From the NCBI GenBank assembly GCA_027492035.1, contig JAOZFT010000020.1, forward strand, positions 1-64,000: a stretch of 64,000 nucleotides of DNA, given 5' to 3'. Position 1 is the stretch's first letter, and the number at the start of each line of letters is the position of its first letter. The notes under the pieces are model-generated. The model saw only the letters and a list, made by a program, of their open reading frames with translations, was not told the DNA's origin and made no database searches. Both the position numbers and the translations under genes were made by a program. This document shows, one piece after another, positions 28,884 through 38,987 of this stretch. The DNA comes from Thermoproteota archaeon. GTDB lineage: Archaea > Korarchaeota > JAOZGF01 > JAOZFZ01.

Positions 28884-29873
28884 TTACAGTTCGTAAACTA
28901 TTCCAGGCACCCTTGGAAACAACTGAGTTTCCCCAATATGTTTAGCTCCCACAATCCAACTGACTAATCTCTCCAACCCTATTCCTGCACCTGCAGAAGG
29001 CTTAATCCTCTTCTCCTTTGCAAGTTTCAACAGTGTGGAGTAGTTCTCCTTTCTCACGTGGTCTCTTTCCATCTTAATAATTATTTTACTATATTCCCAT
29101 TCCCTCTTTGCACCTGATAAAACTTCTCCATAACCAGGAAGCAATAAATCGTAGTTGTCCCAGTAATTATTCTCAAAATCTTCAAAATCATAGAATTCCC
29201 GTGGAATATTAACAACCCAAACAGGTTCACTTATCTCAAGTGGAAGTTGTTTATCCCATTCACCTCCATATTTTTCCTCAAGTTCAACCCTGTTCAAAAC
29301 CTTAAATGGAGGGTTAGGAATCTGTAAACAACTGTATCTGTCAAGATAAACCAGTTCATCCCTCATAAACTTTTTCAACTCCTTCATTAACCCAACAAAT
29401 AAATCTTCAACTAGAGACCTTATATCACTAGATGAAGCGTTTCTAGCTTCAAAATCTAGTTGAGTAAACTCATAAGCATGAACCCCAGTCAAAGCCCTAT
29501 CTCTCCTTTCAATTCTTACATTTGGAGATAAAGTAAACAGTTTTGGATGAATCAAGGAACATGCCATTATTTTATGGACAATCATACTCAGGGTCGCTCT
29601 AACTTTTTTACCATAGATTTCAACTTCAATGCGTTTCTCGATGGATGCTCCGGGGTCAGGCCATAAAGGATCTGTTGAAGCAGAAAAAATCACAGGCAAT
29701 AACCATTCAAAGCCTCTGTTTACGAACTCTTTAGTAAAATACTTCAAAACAAAAGTCATCACTTTACTTATGCACTTTCTTCTTTGAATCTCATCTCCAG
29801 AAAGTTGATGTAGGGGTTTGGGTAGATCATTTATAGATAAACTTTTCCAACCAATTATTTTTTCTTCCGTCAC
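28884..29873 (-). CDS. Archaeal asparagine synthetase A (AsnRS/AspRS catalytic-core paralog lacking the anticodon domain)
   Basis: TDPLWPD, SMIVHK, SPNVRIE, EFTQLDFE, GEVLSGAKREWEY, AGAGIGLERL, FPRVPG. Confidence 0.88.
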   Translation of the reverse strand: MTEEKIIGWKSLSINDLPKPLHQLSGDEIQRRKCISKVMTFVLKYFTKEFVNRGFEWLLPVIFSASTDPLWPDPGASIEKRIEVEIYGKKVRATLSMIVHKIMACSLIHPKLFTLSPNVRIERRDRALTGVHAYEFTQLDFEARNASSSDIRSLVEDLFVGLMKELKKFMRDELVYLDRYSCLQIPNPPFKVLNRVELEEKYGGEWDKQLPLEISEPVWVVNIPREFYDFEDFENNYWDNYDLLLPGYGEVLSGAKREWEYSKIIIKMERDHVRKENYSTLLKLAKEKRIKPSAGAGIGLERLVSWIVGAKHIGETQLFPRVPGIVYEL

Positions 29874-30274
29874 TGGTTTTCACCTTTTTCAAAGTTTTTC
29901 AAAAGTAACAAGAAAGAAATTTCTCAGTTCAGTTGGATGATTCTTTTTAAATTTAATCAACAAAACAACTAAAAGATATTAGTAAAAAAGTTTTTTTGTC
30001 CATAAAGAAGTACATACACAACCAAAAAGTTTTTGAGAATAGGTAATATAAATGAAATTTGACTGCAACTCAGCTGTATTACGTCCATCAATAGAAGACT
30101 TCACAGCATTTCTAGATTTTTAAGCAAACTTAATTGAACTTGCTTTAACAGGGAAAGTATCCACCCAAAAAACTGTATAAGTCAAAATGAAGCCTTCCTC
30201 TTCAAACCCTTTCCTTGATTATTTTCCTTCCTGAAAAGTGGAAACACCCTAAAAACTTTTGAAACTTTTTTCAA

Positions 30275-32197
30275 CTATGAAAAGATTTGAAGTAATGTAA
30301 CTATCTCCTTTGAAGTAAAAGCTATAAAGGTTGCTACAATCAATGTCAAGATGGTTACGAAGAAAGTTTTCTTGATTCCAAGCTCCCTCTCTAAGGCAGC
30401 TATCGTTGCTATGCAGGGGACATAGAAAAGAGTGAAAAGTGTAAAAGTTAAGATTTGGGTTTTGCTCATAACTGTTAAAACATTTGTGGTTTCAAGCGCT
30501 TGCATAAGCATTACTAGTGCCAGTTCTTTCCTTAAAACTCCGAAAATTAAAGTTACGCCTACTGGTTGTGGTAAATCTAAAACTTTAGTTAGGGGGGAGA
30601 CAAATAAGTTTAACAAGTTGTTTAGTGAATAGTATTCAAGCAAGCTAAGGACTATACTACCTAGGATAAGTAAAGGCCAAGCTACCACCACGAAATCCTT
30701 TATTCTTAACCAAGTTTTAGATAGCACCACTTTTATTGATGGGATTTGATATGGAGGAACCTCCATAACCATCCCAATGGGTATAGCCTCAGGTGTCACT
30801 TTAGAAAGAAGTTTCCCCAAGGCGGCTACCACTAAAATGTTCAGAAGGTAAATAAGTAGGGCGGCGTTTGGCCCTATATAAAAAGCCACTAACCCAAAAA
30901 TTATTGTTGTCCTAGCTGCACAGGGAATAAATGTTGAAAGAGTTGCTGTTAAGAACCTGTCTCTTTCAGATTCAAGAATCCTAGTTGACATTATAGCTGG
31001 AACGTTGCAGCCATAACCAAGAATCAAAGGAACCACTGATTTACCGTGCAACCCCACTCTGTGAAGGAAAGTATCCATTAAGAAAGCTATGCGGGGAAGG
31101 TAGCCCATATCCTCCACAACAGCTAACCCTATAAGGAAGGGCACTAGGTAAGGGAGAACTATTCCTATTCCTCCAGCTAACCCCTCTAATAATCCCTTCA
31201 ATACTTGTTTAAACAAGGTGTTAATAGGTAGAAAACTTACCTCTGGAATCAAGAAATCTTCAAAGAAAGAGATAAGAGGCTCTTCCAAGTATTTTCCAAA
31301 CGTAAAAACAATGTTGAAGAAACCGTAAAGGAAAATGAACAAGAACACGTAACCCAAATGTTTGTGCATAAGTAAGGAGTCAATTTTATCCCTTAACAAA
31401 ACCTTAGCCACACCTACTTTAACAGCTTCCTCAAAAATGTTTAAAGCTGAAGCATGTCTTTCAGCTGAAATAACTAAGTAAGAAGGTTTTCCATGCCTTT
31501 TACTTAACCTGTCTTGCAAAATTTTAACTTCAGCAATTAACTCCTCATCCTTAACTGCAGAAATAAATTCGTCATCGTTTTCTAACAACTTTATGGCAAG
31601 AAATCTCGCTGGAACTTTTAATTTGGAAGAAAGAGTTAAAACTTTAGTTTCCAGCTCCTCAATTACATCCTCTACATCTTTACTGTAAAGGATTTCTCTC
31701 CCTTTCTTTTTCACTTTTCCCATCTTCAATGCAGTAAGAAATAATTTATTTATTCCAATCCCCTTCACAGCTATGCACTCAACCACAGGAACGCCTAGGA
31801 TACTTGAAAGTTTAGAACTGTCTATGTTTAAGCCCTTTCTAGCCGCTTCATCCATGAAATTTAAACACAAAACCAAGGGAATACCGAACTCTAAAAGCTG
31901 GATAGTAAGTTCAAGGCTTCTAGACAAGATGGATGCGTCAACAACATTTATCACCACATCAGCTTCCCCTTTCAAAAGATAATTTCTAGAAACCAACTCA
32001 GCCAAGTCTAAAGAGGTCAGGGAATATGTTCCTGGAAGATCCACTATTTCAAAAATTTCCCCTACGAAATTCACTTTTCCCTTCAAGTATTTAACGGTTG
32101 TGCCTGGGAAATTAGAAGTGACAGCTTTGTACCCTGCTACTTGGTTAAAAATTGTGCTTTTACCAGAATTAGGCTGTCCTACCAAAACAATTCTCAT
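30275..32197 (-). CDS. feoB: Ferrous iron transporter FeoB (intact)
   Basis: GQPNSGKS, NFPGTTV, DLPGTYSL, EDMGYLPR, GYGCNVPA, IPCAAR, YVPCIAT. Confidence 0.96.
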   Translation of the reverse strand: MRIVLVGQPNSGKSTIFNQVAGYKAVTSNFPGTTVKYLKGKVNFVGEIFEIVDLPGTYSLTSLDLAELVSRNYLLKGEADVVINVVDASILSRSLELTIQLLEFGIPLVLCLNFMDEAARKGLNIDSSKLSSILGVPVVECIAVKGIGINKLFLTALKMGKVKKKGREILYSKDVEDVIEELETKVLTLSSKLKVPARFLAIKLLENDDEFISAVKDEELIAEVKILQDRLSKRHGKPSYLVISAERHASALNIFEEAVKVGVAKVLLRDKIDSLLMHKHLGYVFLFIFLYGFFNIVFTFGKYLEEPLISFFEDFLIPEVSFLPINTLFKQVLKGLLEGLAGGIGIVLPYLVPFLIGLAVVEDMGYLPRIAFLMDTFLHRVGLHGKSVVPLILGYGCNVPAIMSTRILESERDRFLTATLSTFIPCAARTTIIFGLVAFYIGPNAALLIYLLNILVVAALGKLLSKVTPEAIPIGMVMEVPPYQIPSIKVVLSKTWLRIKDFVVVAWPLLILGSIVLSLLEYYSLNNLLNLFVSPLTKVLDLPQPVGVTLIFGVLRKELALVMLMQALETTNVLTVMSKTQILTFTLFTLFYVPCIATIAALERELGIKKTFFVTILTLIVATFIAFTSKEIVTLLQIFS

Positions 32198-32424
32198 TTA
32201 TACACCTCAACAATAATCTTTTTAGCCACCCCCCTGCTCAAAGCAACATTTCTTCCACCAACTGAAACAAGTAAAGGTCCTCTCAATATGCCTGACTGTA
32301 AAACAGTGACGCAGGTTCCAGGAAAAATACCTAACTCATTTAAACGCTGAATTATTCCTTTACCACCTAAAATATCAACAACTTTAACTTTAACGCCTAA
32401 AGGAGCCTTATCTAAAGAAACCAT
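32194..32424 (-). CDS. feoA: FeoA
   Basis: RLNELGIFPG..GPLLV..VALSRGVAKKI; overlaps the feoB start. Confidence 0.93.
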   Translation of the reverse strand: MVSLDKAPLGVKVKVVDILGGKGIIQRLNELGIFPGTCVTVLQSGILRGPLLVSVGGRNVALSRGVAKKIIVEVYK

Positions 32425-32556
32425 TTTGTACTCCTCTTTACTTTAAGGTGGAGATAAATTCAATAAAACAAGTTTTTGCCTTTAAAAGAATCTTTTAAGG
32501 AGAGATAACCTACTACTTCCAACAAAGTAAATAAAGCATTTAGGAAAAGAGTATGC

Positions 32557-32629
32557 GTAGGTTGAGGAGTTTAATGACGCAATTATGACGCAATTAATTT
32601 TTCATTACTTTAACCCCTCTTCAACCTAC
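32557..32629. other. Intergenic long imperfect hairpin enclosing a tandem 11-nt repeat
   Basis: GTAGGTTGAGGAG/CTCTTCAACCTAC arms; inner TAATGA/TCATTA; ATGACGCAATT twice at 32574-32595. Confidence 0.6.
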
Positions 32630-32688
32630 AGTACATAAATCCTTTTCTGTGCTTTAATTAGCTTTCGAAAATTTTTTAAAGTTTATTC

Positions 32689-33192
32689 TCAAGCTTTTCC
32701 AGGTAACAGTTCTTTTAAGAGGTCTTTAACTGACCAATACATCGGTGAAGCTATTACCCCTATTATAAAGTGAGGGGCTATCCCCCAAGTGTCACCAGCT
32801 AATGACCAACTCTTCTCTATACTTCCACCCCAAAGTAGGGGGTAATATGTATCTAAAATATCTGCAAATAAGACGGTGAGGTTTAATAGTAACATCAGCA
32901 TTGAAAGCAACCACCCTACAAAAAGGAATCCTCTATATTCTCTCTCTCCTTTAGAGTATAGGTAAAGTGCTTTTGTGAATACTGCGCCAATTATTATCAA
33001 GAATACTCCAGAGAAAGCTTCTGGAAAAGTGTTAGGTATGTATGTGCCGGCAAATTTGAAGCCTAACTGTATAATTGACAAACCTGTCCAGCTGAACCAC
33101 CATTCAATTAATCCATTGTAGAACTGTATTGAACCGTAAAGAAAATAAAGAATACTCACCACCAACGTGAGTAAATATGTTTTATCTTTCAT
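32689..33192 (-). CDS. Four-TM membrane protein, last gene of the second feo operon
   Basis: Four hydrophobic segments; starts 6 nt after the feoB stop. Confidence 0.75.
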   Translation of the reverse strand: MKDKTYLLTLVVSILYFLYGSIQFYNGLIEWWFSWTGLSIIQLGFKFAGTYIPNTFPEAFSGVFLIIIGAVFTKALYLYSKGEREYRGFLFVGWLLSMLMLLLNLTVLFADILDTYYPLLWGGSIEKSWSLAGDTWGIAPHFIIGVIASPMYWSVKDLLKELLPGKA

Positions 33193-33198
33193 GTTTCA

Positions 33199-34695
33199 TC
33201 ACCTCACTAATACATGTCCCATAACCAAGATTAACCAGTTAACTAAATATGCTAAAATTATTCCGTAGATTACCGCGAACCCTGTCCATTTCCATGAGCC
33301 AGTCTCTTGCTTTATTGCCCCAATAGTAACAATGCATGGAATGTATATTTGTATGAACGCCATGTAACCATACATATCTACTGGGTTGTAAAGAGAGGCC
33401 ATTTTTCCAGCTATTTCCTCCTCCCCTACGCCATAAAGCATTGCAGAAGCTCCTAATACTATTTCTTTAGCTACAAACCCAAATATTGCGGCGACTACGA
33501 GCCTCCAATCCCAGTTAAGTGGTGAAAAAACAGGTTGAAAGAATTTTCCGATGGCACAAATAATTGCGTTTTGAGGTTCCGGTGTAAAAGTGAATGTAGT
33601 GGCGTCCGTAATAGTAAGAACCCCTATTATTATAAGGCCTGCAAGTATTATTGTCCCAGCTTTTTTGAAGAACAATGAACCTCTATCCCACATACGTACC
33701 ACGGCAACCCGGAGAGAAGGTTTCTGGTAAACTGGGAACTCTATCATGAAGGGGGAAACTCTTCCTCTAAACAATGTTTTTCTTAACATTATCGCAACTA
33801 TGAAGACAAGTACAATCCCTAAGATGTACAGTGACAGAATTACGTCTCCTGCATAGGCTCCAAAGAAAGCAGCAGCAATTGCTGAAAAGAAAACAAGCCT
33901 AGCCCCACACATTATTAAGGGGTTTGTTAAAATGGCAATCATTCTATCATTTTCGTCAGGTATTATCCTGGTCGCATACTCTGCTGGGACGTTGCAACCT
34001 ACGCCCATTATTAAGGGCAATATAGTGCGCCCAGATAACCCGACTTTCCTCATTACTCTATCCATTACAAATGCCGCCCTAGCCATGTACCCACTGTCCT
34101 CAAAAAGAGATAAAGCAAAGTATAAAGCCATTATTAGTGGGACAAAACTTAAAATAACCCCAACACCTTGTATAACCCCATATTCCCCAAACAAAAGGTA
34201 ATCGATGAATGGCTGGCCTGTAACGCCTGTCAATTTTTCTCCAAGATAAGCGAATAAGTCCCCAAGGAAGTTGCAGAATGGTGTGGAAATTGTGAACGCA
34301 AACTGGAGAAGCCACCAAAGCAAAGTCAAAAAAACTGGGATGCCCAAAAACTTGTCAAGTAAAACTTTATCAAGTAAGTCAGAGGCAGTTAGTCTTCCTA
34401 TTCCTTTGACTGTCTTCGAAACTATCTCCTTTATTAAAGCATATCTAGCATTGGCTATTGCAACTTCAGGATCACCTAACTCCTTTTCCATTCTCTTTTT
34501 TATTTCTGAAGCTTTTTCAAGAATTCTCTTCCCTTCATTACCCATCATAAATACTTTATTCACCACATCACTGTCACTTTCAAGGAGTTTTATAGCTACC
34601 CACCTTGGTCTGAAAACATTTTTTATTAAACTAGCGGAGTGTATAACTTTCTCCAATTCTTCAATATATTTTTCAACTTTTAATGAATACTTCAT
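33199..34695 (-). CDS. feoB: FeoB, GDI/membrane portion (second copy, split)
   Basis: RWVAIKLLE, EDSGYMARAAFVMD, GCNVPA, FVAKEIVLG, YIPCIVT; no G-domain. Confidence 0.9.
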   Translation of the reverse strand: MKYSLKVEKYIEELEKVIHSASLIKNVFRPRWVAIKLLESDSDVVNKVFMMGNEGKRILEKASEIKKRMEKELGDPEVAIANARYALIKEIVSKTVKGIGRLTASDLLDKVLLDKFLGIPVFLTLLWWLLQFAFTISTPFCNFLGDLFAYLGEKLTGVTGQPFIDYLLFGEYGVIQGVGVILSFVPLIMALYFALSLFEDSGYMARAAFVMDRVMRKVGLSGRTILPLIMGVGCNVPAEYATRIIPDENDRMIAILTNPLIMCGARLVFFSAIAAAFFGAYAGDVILSLYILGIVLVFIVAIMLRKTLFRGRVSPFMIEFPVYQKPSLRVAVVRMWDRGSLFFKKAGTIILAGLIIIGVLTITDATTFTFTPEPQNAIICAIGKFFQPVFSPLNWDWRLVVAAIFGFVAKEIVLGASAMLYGVGEEEIAGKMASLYNPVDMYGYMAFIQIYIPCIVTIGAIKQETGSWKWTGFAVIYGIILAYLVNWLILVMGHVLVR

Positions 34696-35218
34696 ATCTC
34701 CCCCTCTTATCCGTGGCTTCTACCACTGCTCTAATAAGTTCTTTCATACCTTCCTTCTTAGGAGCCACTGTGGGAATGACAGGGACTCCTAACTCCTCCT
34801 GCAATCTCTTTACATTTATCTCTATTCCCTCTTTCTTTCCCAAATCCATTTTGTTCAATGCGATAACTACGTTTGCGTCAAGTTCTAGCAGTTGAAGAGT
34901 AAGGTAAAGATTCCTCTCAAGATTTGAAGCATCGACTATGTTAACCACTACGTCTGGTTTCTCATATATAATGAAGTCCCTGGCAATTTTTTCTTCGATA
35001 GAAAGGGCGCTTAAACTGTAAGTTCCAGGTAAATCAACTACATGTAGCTCCTTGTTACCATACCTAAGGAAGCCTTCCTTCTTATCAACTGTTTTACCTG
35101 GCCAATTCCCCACATGCTGCCTTGAACCTGTTAAATTATTGAAAATAACAGATTTTCCTACATTTGGGTTACCTACCAAGGCAACAAGTATCAAGTTTCT
35201 TGAAGAAGCAAAACCCAT
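34673..35218 (-). CDS. feoB: FeoB, N-terminal GTPase portion (second copy, split)
   Basis: GNPNVGKS, VGNWPGKTV, DLPGTYSL, NKMD; stops just after the G-domain and overlaps the next ORF by 23 nt. Confidence 0.9.
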   Translation of the reverse strand: MGFASSRNLILVALVGNPNVGKSVIFNNLTGSRQHVGNWPGKTVDKKEGFLRYGNKELHVVDLPGTYSLSALSIEEKIARDFIIYEKPDVVVNIVDASNLERNLYLTLQLLELDANVVIALNKMDLGKKEGIEINVKRLQEELGVPVIPTVAPKKEGMKELIRAVVEATDKRGRYEVFIKS

Positions 35219-35221
35219 GCT

Positions 35222-35458
35222 CTAACTACCTCCATTATCCACGTCAACAAAAATTTTGGCCGCCACTCCTCTACCTATTGCTAACCTGCTCCCCCTTACT
35301 TCAATAAGCATTGGCCCATATCCTGTTTCTTTTAAAACCTTTATTCTAGTGCCTTGAGTTAAACCCAGCTCTGCAAGCCTCCTAACAAGGCCTCTTCCAC
35401 CCTTCACATGTATAATAATTCCTGAACTTCCTTCAGGTTGAAAAATCAACGGTATCAA
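35222..35458 (-). CDS. feoA: FeoA
   Basis: RRLAELGLTQG..GPMLIEVRGSRLAIGRGVA. Confidence 0.93.
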   Translation of the reverse strand: MIPLIFQPEGSSGIIIHVKGGRGLVRRLAELGLTQGTRIKVLKETGYGPMLIEVRGSRLAIGRGVAAKIFVDVDNGGS

Positions 35459-35700
35459 CTCTCCTTCTCCACCCTCACTACCACATACCTTGCTTCATCT
35501 TTCCTTAAACAAAGATCATACCCTAACGCTCGGAACTCTACAGGGTCTCCTAAGGGTGCATTTCTAATGACTTCTATTTCCGTGTTTCTAACTAAACCCA
35601 TATCTAATATCCTTTTCTTTAATGAAGGTGGACCCCCTACCACAGTTACTATTATTCCCTTCTCTCTAGGTTTCATTTCACTTAATCTTTTCTCAACCAC
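35455..35700 (-). CDS. feoA: FeoA (probable GTG start at 35700)
   Basis: RILDMGLVRNTEIEVIRNAPLGDPVE..LCLRKDEA; AAGGTGTGGAG SD before the GTG. Confidence 0.92.
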   Translation of the reverse strand: MVEKRLSEMKPREKGIIVTVVGGPPSLKKRILDMGLVRNTEIEVIRNAPLGDPVEFRALGYDLCLRKDEARYVVVRVEKES

Positions 35701-35801
35701 TCTCCACACCTTTTTTTCTGGCCAGAAGTAACAAAACAGCAAATACCACTTCCTACAAAATACTTCACGCAGATGGAAAACAAATGGAAAATTTTCTAAA
35801 A

Positions 35802-35821
35802 AAATACGACAAGTCGTATTT
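35802..35821. promoter_or_regulatory. Perfect 9-2-9 palindrome upstream of the feoA-feoA-feoB operon, candidate metal-repressor operator
   Basis: AAATACGAC-AA-GTCGTATTT next to a TTTTAAAT box on the minus strand; a half-site GTCGTATTT recurs near 36049. Confidence 0.65.
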
Positions 35822-36302
35822 AAAAATTTTACTATTCGTATTTATTGCCCAACAAAAAGAGAAGATGTTCCCTTATCTCCTAAAGACTTGATTAAACATT
35901 AACTTTTGAATTCAATATTGCATTACTATGTTTTAGCCTTAAATAAGCAAAGTTTAACCCTTAACAAGCACGTTAAAAGCTTTGAATGTCTGAGAGACGT
36001 TTAAGGTAAAATTTTAGGGTTACTTGTCTTTACCTCAATTTTTCCTATGTCGTATTTTTGGTTGCATTTTGCCGAAAAATTTAAATATACCTCAATGAAG
36101 AGTAAAACTTTTCAAAAAAAAGTAAGGTTTTAGGAAATAGTTGAAATTTTCCCCCCTTTACAGCAGCTAATGCATTCCTCACAAAACGAAACCTTTTCTA
36201 GAAAAAATTTTCACTATAAGGACTCGCAAAACAGGGAAAGAAAGGGGGAGGCTCGTTTAAAGAAAAAAATCAATCAGACCCTAAGATTTTTGGTGGAATG
36301 AA

Positions 36303-37892
36303 ATGAGTAAAGTTTTTGCGAGGAAAGTAAGTGGACTTGTAAGAGAAGCCAACTTGTTTGACACCTTTGCTACAGGTTTCATGAATAACGGAGTCGGTGT
36401 AGGCCTCTGGTCCATGACAGGATGGGGTCTCTCGCTTTTTCCTAGTGGAGACATGGTAATAGCTTCAGTTCTGACCTTAATTCTAACAACTTTCGGAGTG
36501 GGATTAACTTGGGGAATACTTGGAGGGTCAATGCCTAGAAGTGGCGGGAGCTACGTTTACAACTCAAGAATTATTCACCCAGCCATAGGCACTGCTGTAA
36601 GTATGGCAAATGCAGGTTTCGTTATGACAGCTTGGATTTACCTTTTAGCTCCTTGGATTTCCGACCCGGGAATGACTTTTCTGCTTGGAACAATGAGATC
36701 CGAAGCTGCTGCTTGGTTCGCTACCCCTGCAGCTTTATTCATTATAGGTACTATTGCGAGTTTCATAGGGTTCCTAATATTATTGTTTGGTTTAAGAAGT
36801 TATTTCACAATTCAAAGGATTTTCTTCACACTGGGAATAATAGGAGTACTCATAGCAGGAATATTCTTCACGTTTAATGGCCAACAACAATTCATAAATG
36901 CTTGGAACGCTATTTCCGCAAGATACAACTCCTTAGATTATCAAGGTTTCATTAACGCAGTGAAGGCTCAAGGCGTTGAAATACCTCAAACCACTGATTG
37001 GGTTTCAACACTTGGACTTATGCCTGAAGTAGCCTGGGCTGCAGCCTATGGGTACCTAATAACTTTCATTTGCGGCGAAGTTAAAAGACCTGAAAAGAAC
37101 ATAATTTTAGGTCAAGCATTAGCTAACTTTATTCCATCCCTAATTTGTATATGGTTCGCTTGGGCTCTGCCTCATGCTGTGGGTCACGACTTCTCTATAG
37201 CTGCTGCAATGTATGAAGAAGGAGTGGTGGATGTACAAGGGTATAATTTACCTTTCGCGCCTCATTACGTAGGTATGGCTTCCGTATTTACTGAAAACCC
37301 TGTCTTATTGTTCTTAATGGGTTTCAACTTTATAGCTTTCGACTTTATTTGGGTACCTATCTCTTACTTAGCTTTCAGCAGAGCAGCTTTTGCCTGGGGC
37401 ATGGACAGGTTAGGCCCTGACTGGTTCACAGACATAAACCCAAGATTCGCTTCACCAGTCAAAGATTTAGTTGTAGAATTCATACTTGGAGAAATAGGTA
37501 TTGCTTTGTACGCTGCTTGGCCAGAGGTACTTGGCGGTTTAGCTGTTACAGGGTTGCAAGCTATTTCTGTTTGGGGAATCACCGGTATAAGCTGTTTAAT
37601 ACTCCCATTTGTTAAGAAAGCTAAACATATATGGGAAGCTTCACCTTACAAATGGAAAATTATAGGGATTCCGTTAGCTACCCTTGCAGGTGTATTGAAC
37701 ACCATCTACATGATACTGATACTGTACGGACTATACGCCTCAGAAGGACTCACTTTCCTAATGAACATTTGGACACCTATTTACATAGCTGTTTGGATCT
37801 TCGGTTTACTTTGGTACTTCATTTGGAGGGCTTATAGAGCTAGACAGGGAATAGATGTAACTTTAGCCTTTAAAGAACTGCCCCCAGAGTAA
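36303..37892 (+). CDS. APC-superfamily amino acid/polyamine permease
   Basis: FARKVSGLVRE, MPRSGGSYVYNSR, GEVK, SRAAFAWGMDRLGP, FKELPPE; 12-14 TM. Confidence 0.92.
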   Translation: MSKVFARKVSGLVREANLFDTFATGFMNNGVGVGLWSMTGWGLSLFPSGDMVIASVLTLILTTFGVGLTWGILGGSMPRSGGSYVYNSRIIHPAIGTAVSMANAGFVMTAWIYLLAPWISDPGMTFLLGTMRSEAAAWFATPAALFIIGTIASFIGFLILLFGLRSYFTIQRIFFTLGIIGVLIAGIFFTFNGQQQFINAWNAISARYNSLDYQGFINAVKAQGVEIPQTTDWVSTLGLMPEVAWAAAYGYLITFICGEVKRPEKNIILGQALANFIPSLICIWFAWALPHAVGHDFSIAAAMYEEGVVDVQGYNLPFAPHYVGMASVFTENPVLLFLMGFNFIAFDFIWVPISYLAFSRAAFAWGMDRLGPDWFTDINPRFASPVKDLVVEFILGEIGIALYAAWPEVLGGLAVTGLQAISVWGITGISCLILPFVKKAKHIWEASPYKWKIIGIPLATLAGVLNTIYMILILYGLYASEGLTFLMNIWTPIYIAVWIFGLLWYFIWRAYRARQGIDVTLAFKELPPE

Positions 37893-37907
37893 AAACTTCA
37901 CCCTTCC

Positions 37908-37922
37908 ATTTTTCTTTTTTTT
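37908..37922 (+). terminator. Oligo-T terminator-like tract after the permease
   Basis: ATTTTTCTTTTTTTT shortly after the stop codon. Confidence 0.45.
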
Positions 37923-38015
37923 GAAATCTTTTTCGGGGAAACTTTAAATTCACCCTTTCCCTCTTCTTCTCTCAGTTTTATGAATATTTTAAATTTTTAA
38001 GAGGTCTAGAAAGGA

Positions 38016-38954
38016 ATGAAAAGGATAAAAATTTTTTTTGTAACCGATATTCACGGCTCAGAAACCTGTTTTAAAAAATTCTTGAATGCATTAAAAATCT
38101 ACAACGTAGACGTGGGGATACTACTTGGTGACTTAAGCGGAAAATATGTTATACCCATCGTTAAACAAAAGAATGAAACTTATGAATCTGAGTTTCTAGG
38201 CCAAAAATTAATTCTTAAAACAAAAAAGGAAGTTGAAGACTTGCAAAGGAAAATAAAAGCAATTGGGTACTACCCCTACTTTTTAACACCTGAAGAAATG
38301 CAGGAACTAAATGAAAAGAAAGAAAAAGCTGATCAAGTTTTTTTGAACTTGATCCTAGAAAGATGGAGGGAATGGATTAAATTACTAGATGAAAGATTAA
38401 AAAACAGCAAAGTAAAGGTATTTATAGCTCCAGGCAATGACGATCCCTTAGATTTAGATGAAATACTTGACTCTTCAAAGGTGGCAGTTAATGTGGATAA
38501 CAAAAAAGTTTTTGTTGATGAACATGAAATGATAACACTTTCTTACTCTAACCCCACCCCATGGAATACTGCAAGGGAATGCAGTGAGAAGGAACTTGCC
38601 CAGAAAATAGATACTTTAGTTTCTCAAATTGAGGACATGAAGAGCGCCATCTTCAATTTTCATGTGCCACCTTATGGCACAATGCTTGACCAAGCCCCTA
38701 AAATTTCCAGCGACCTTGTTCAATCTGCAGGTGTAATGGTTAGCGTAGGGAGTAAAGCTGTCTTGGAAGCGATAAAGAAGTATCAACCCCTTCTAGGTTT
38801 ACACGGCCACATACATGAATCGAGGGGAGTTCAAAAAATTGGAAGAACTGTTTGTGTTAACCCTGGAAGTGAATATTCAGAAGGAATATTGAGAGGAGTA
38901 ATTCTTACACTGGAAAAATATAAAGTCAAAAGTTATATGTTTACTTCAGGTTAA
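38016..38954 (+). CDS. Calcineurin-like metallophosphoesterase (Icc-related)
   Basis: TDIHG, LGDLSGK, PGNDD, FHVPP, HGHIHE, NPGS. Confidence 0.92.
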   Translation: MKRIKIFFVTDIHGSETCFKKFLNALKIYNVDVGILLGDLSGKYVIPIVKQKNETYESEFLGQKLILKTKKEVEDLQRKIKAIGYYPYFLTPEEMQELNEKKEKADQVFLNLILERWREWIKLLDERLKNSKVKVFIAPGNDDPLDLDEILDSSKVAVNVDNKKVFVDEHEMITLSYSNPTPWNTARECSEKELAQKIDTLVSQIEDMKSAIFNFHVPPYGTMLDQAPKISSDLVQSAGVMVSVGSKAVLEAIKKYQPLLGLHGHIHESRGVQKIGRTVCVNPGSEYSEGILRGVILTLEKYKVKSYMFTSG

Positions 38955-38987
38955 GTCTCTGCATTTTTAGACTTTATAAATTAAGAG

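Noticed and set aside
28884-29873. Truncated asparaginyl-tRNA synthetase pseudogene
   Set aside because: Lack of the anticodon domain is normal for the archaeal asparagine synthetase paralog, and the ORF is intact.
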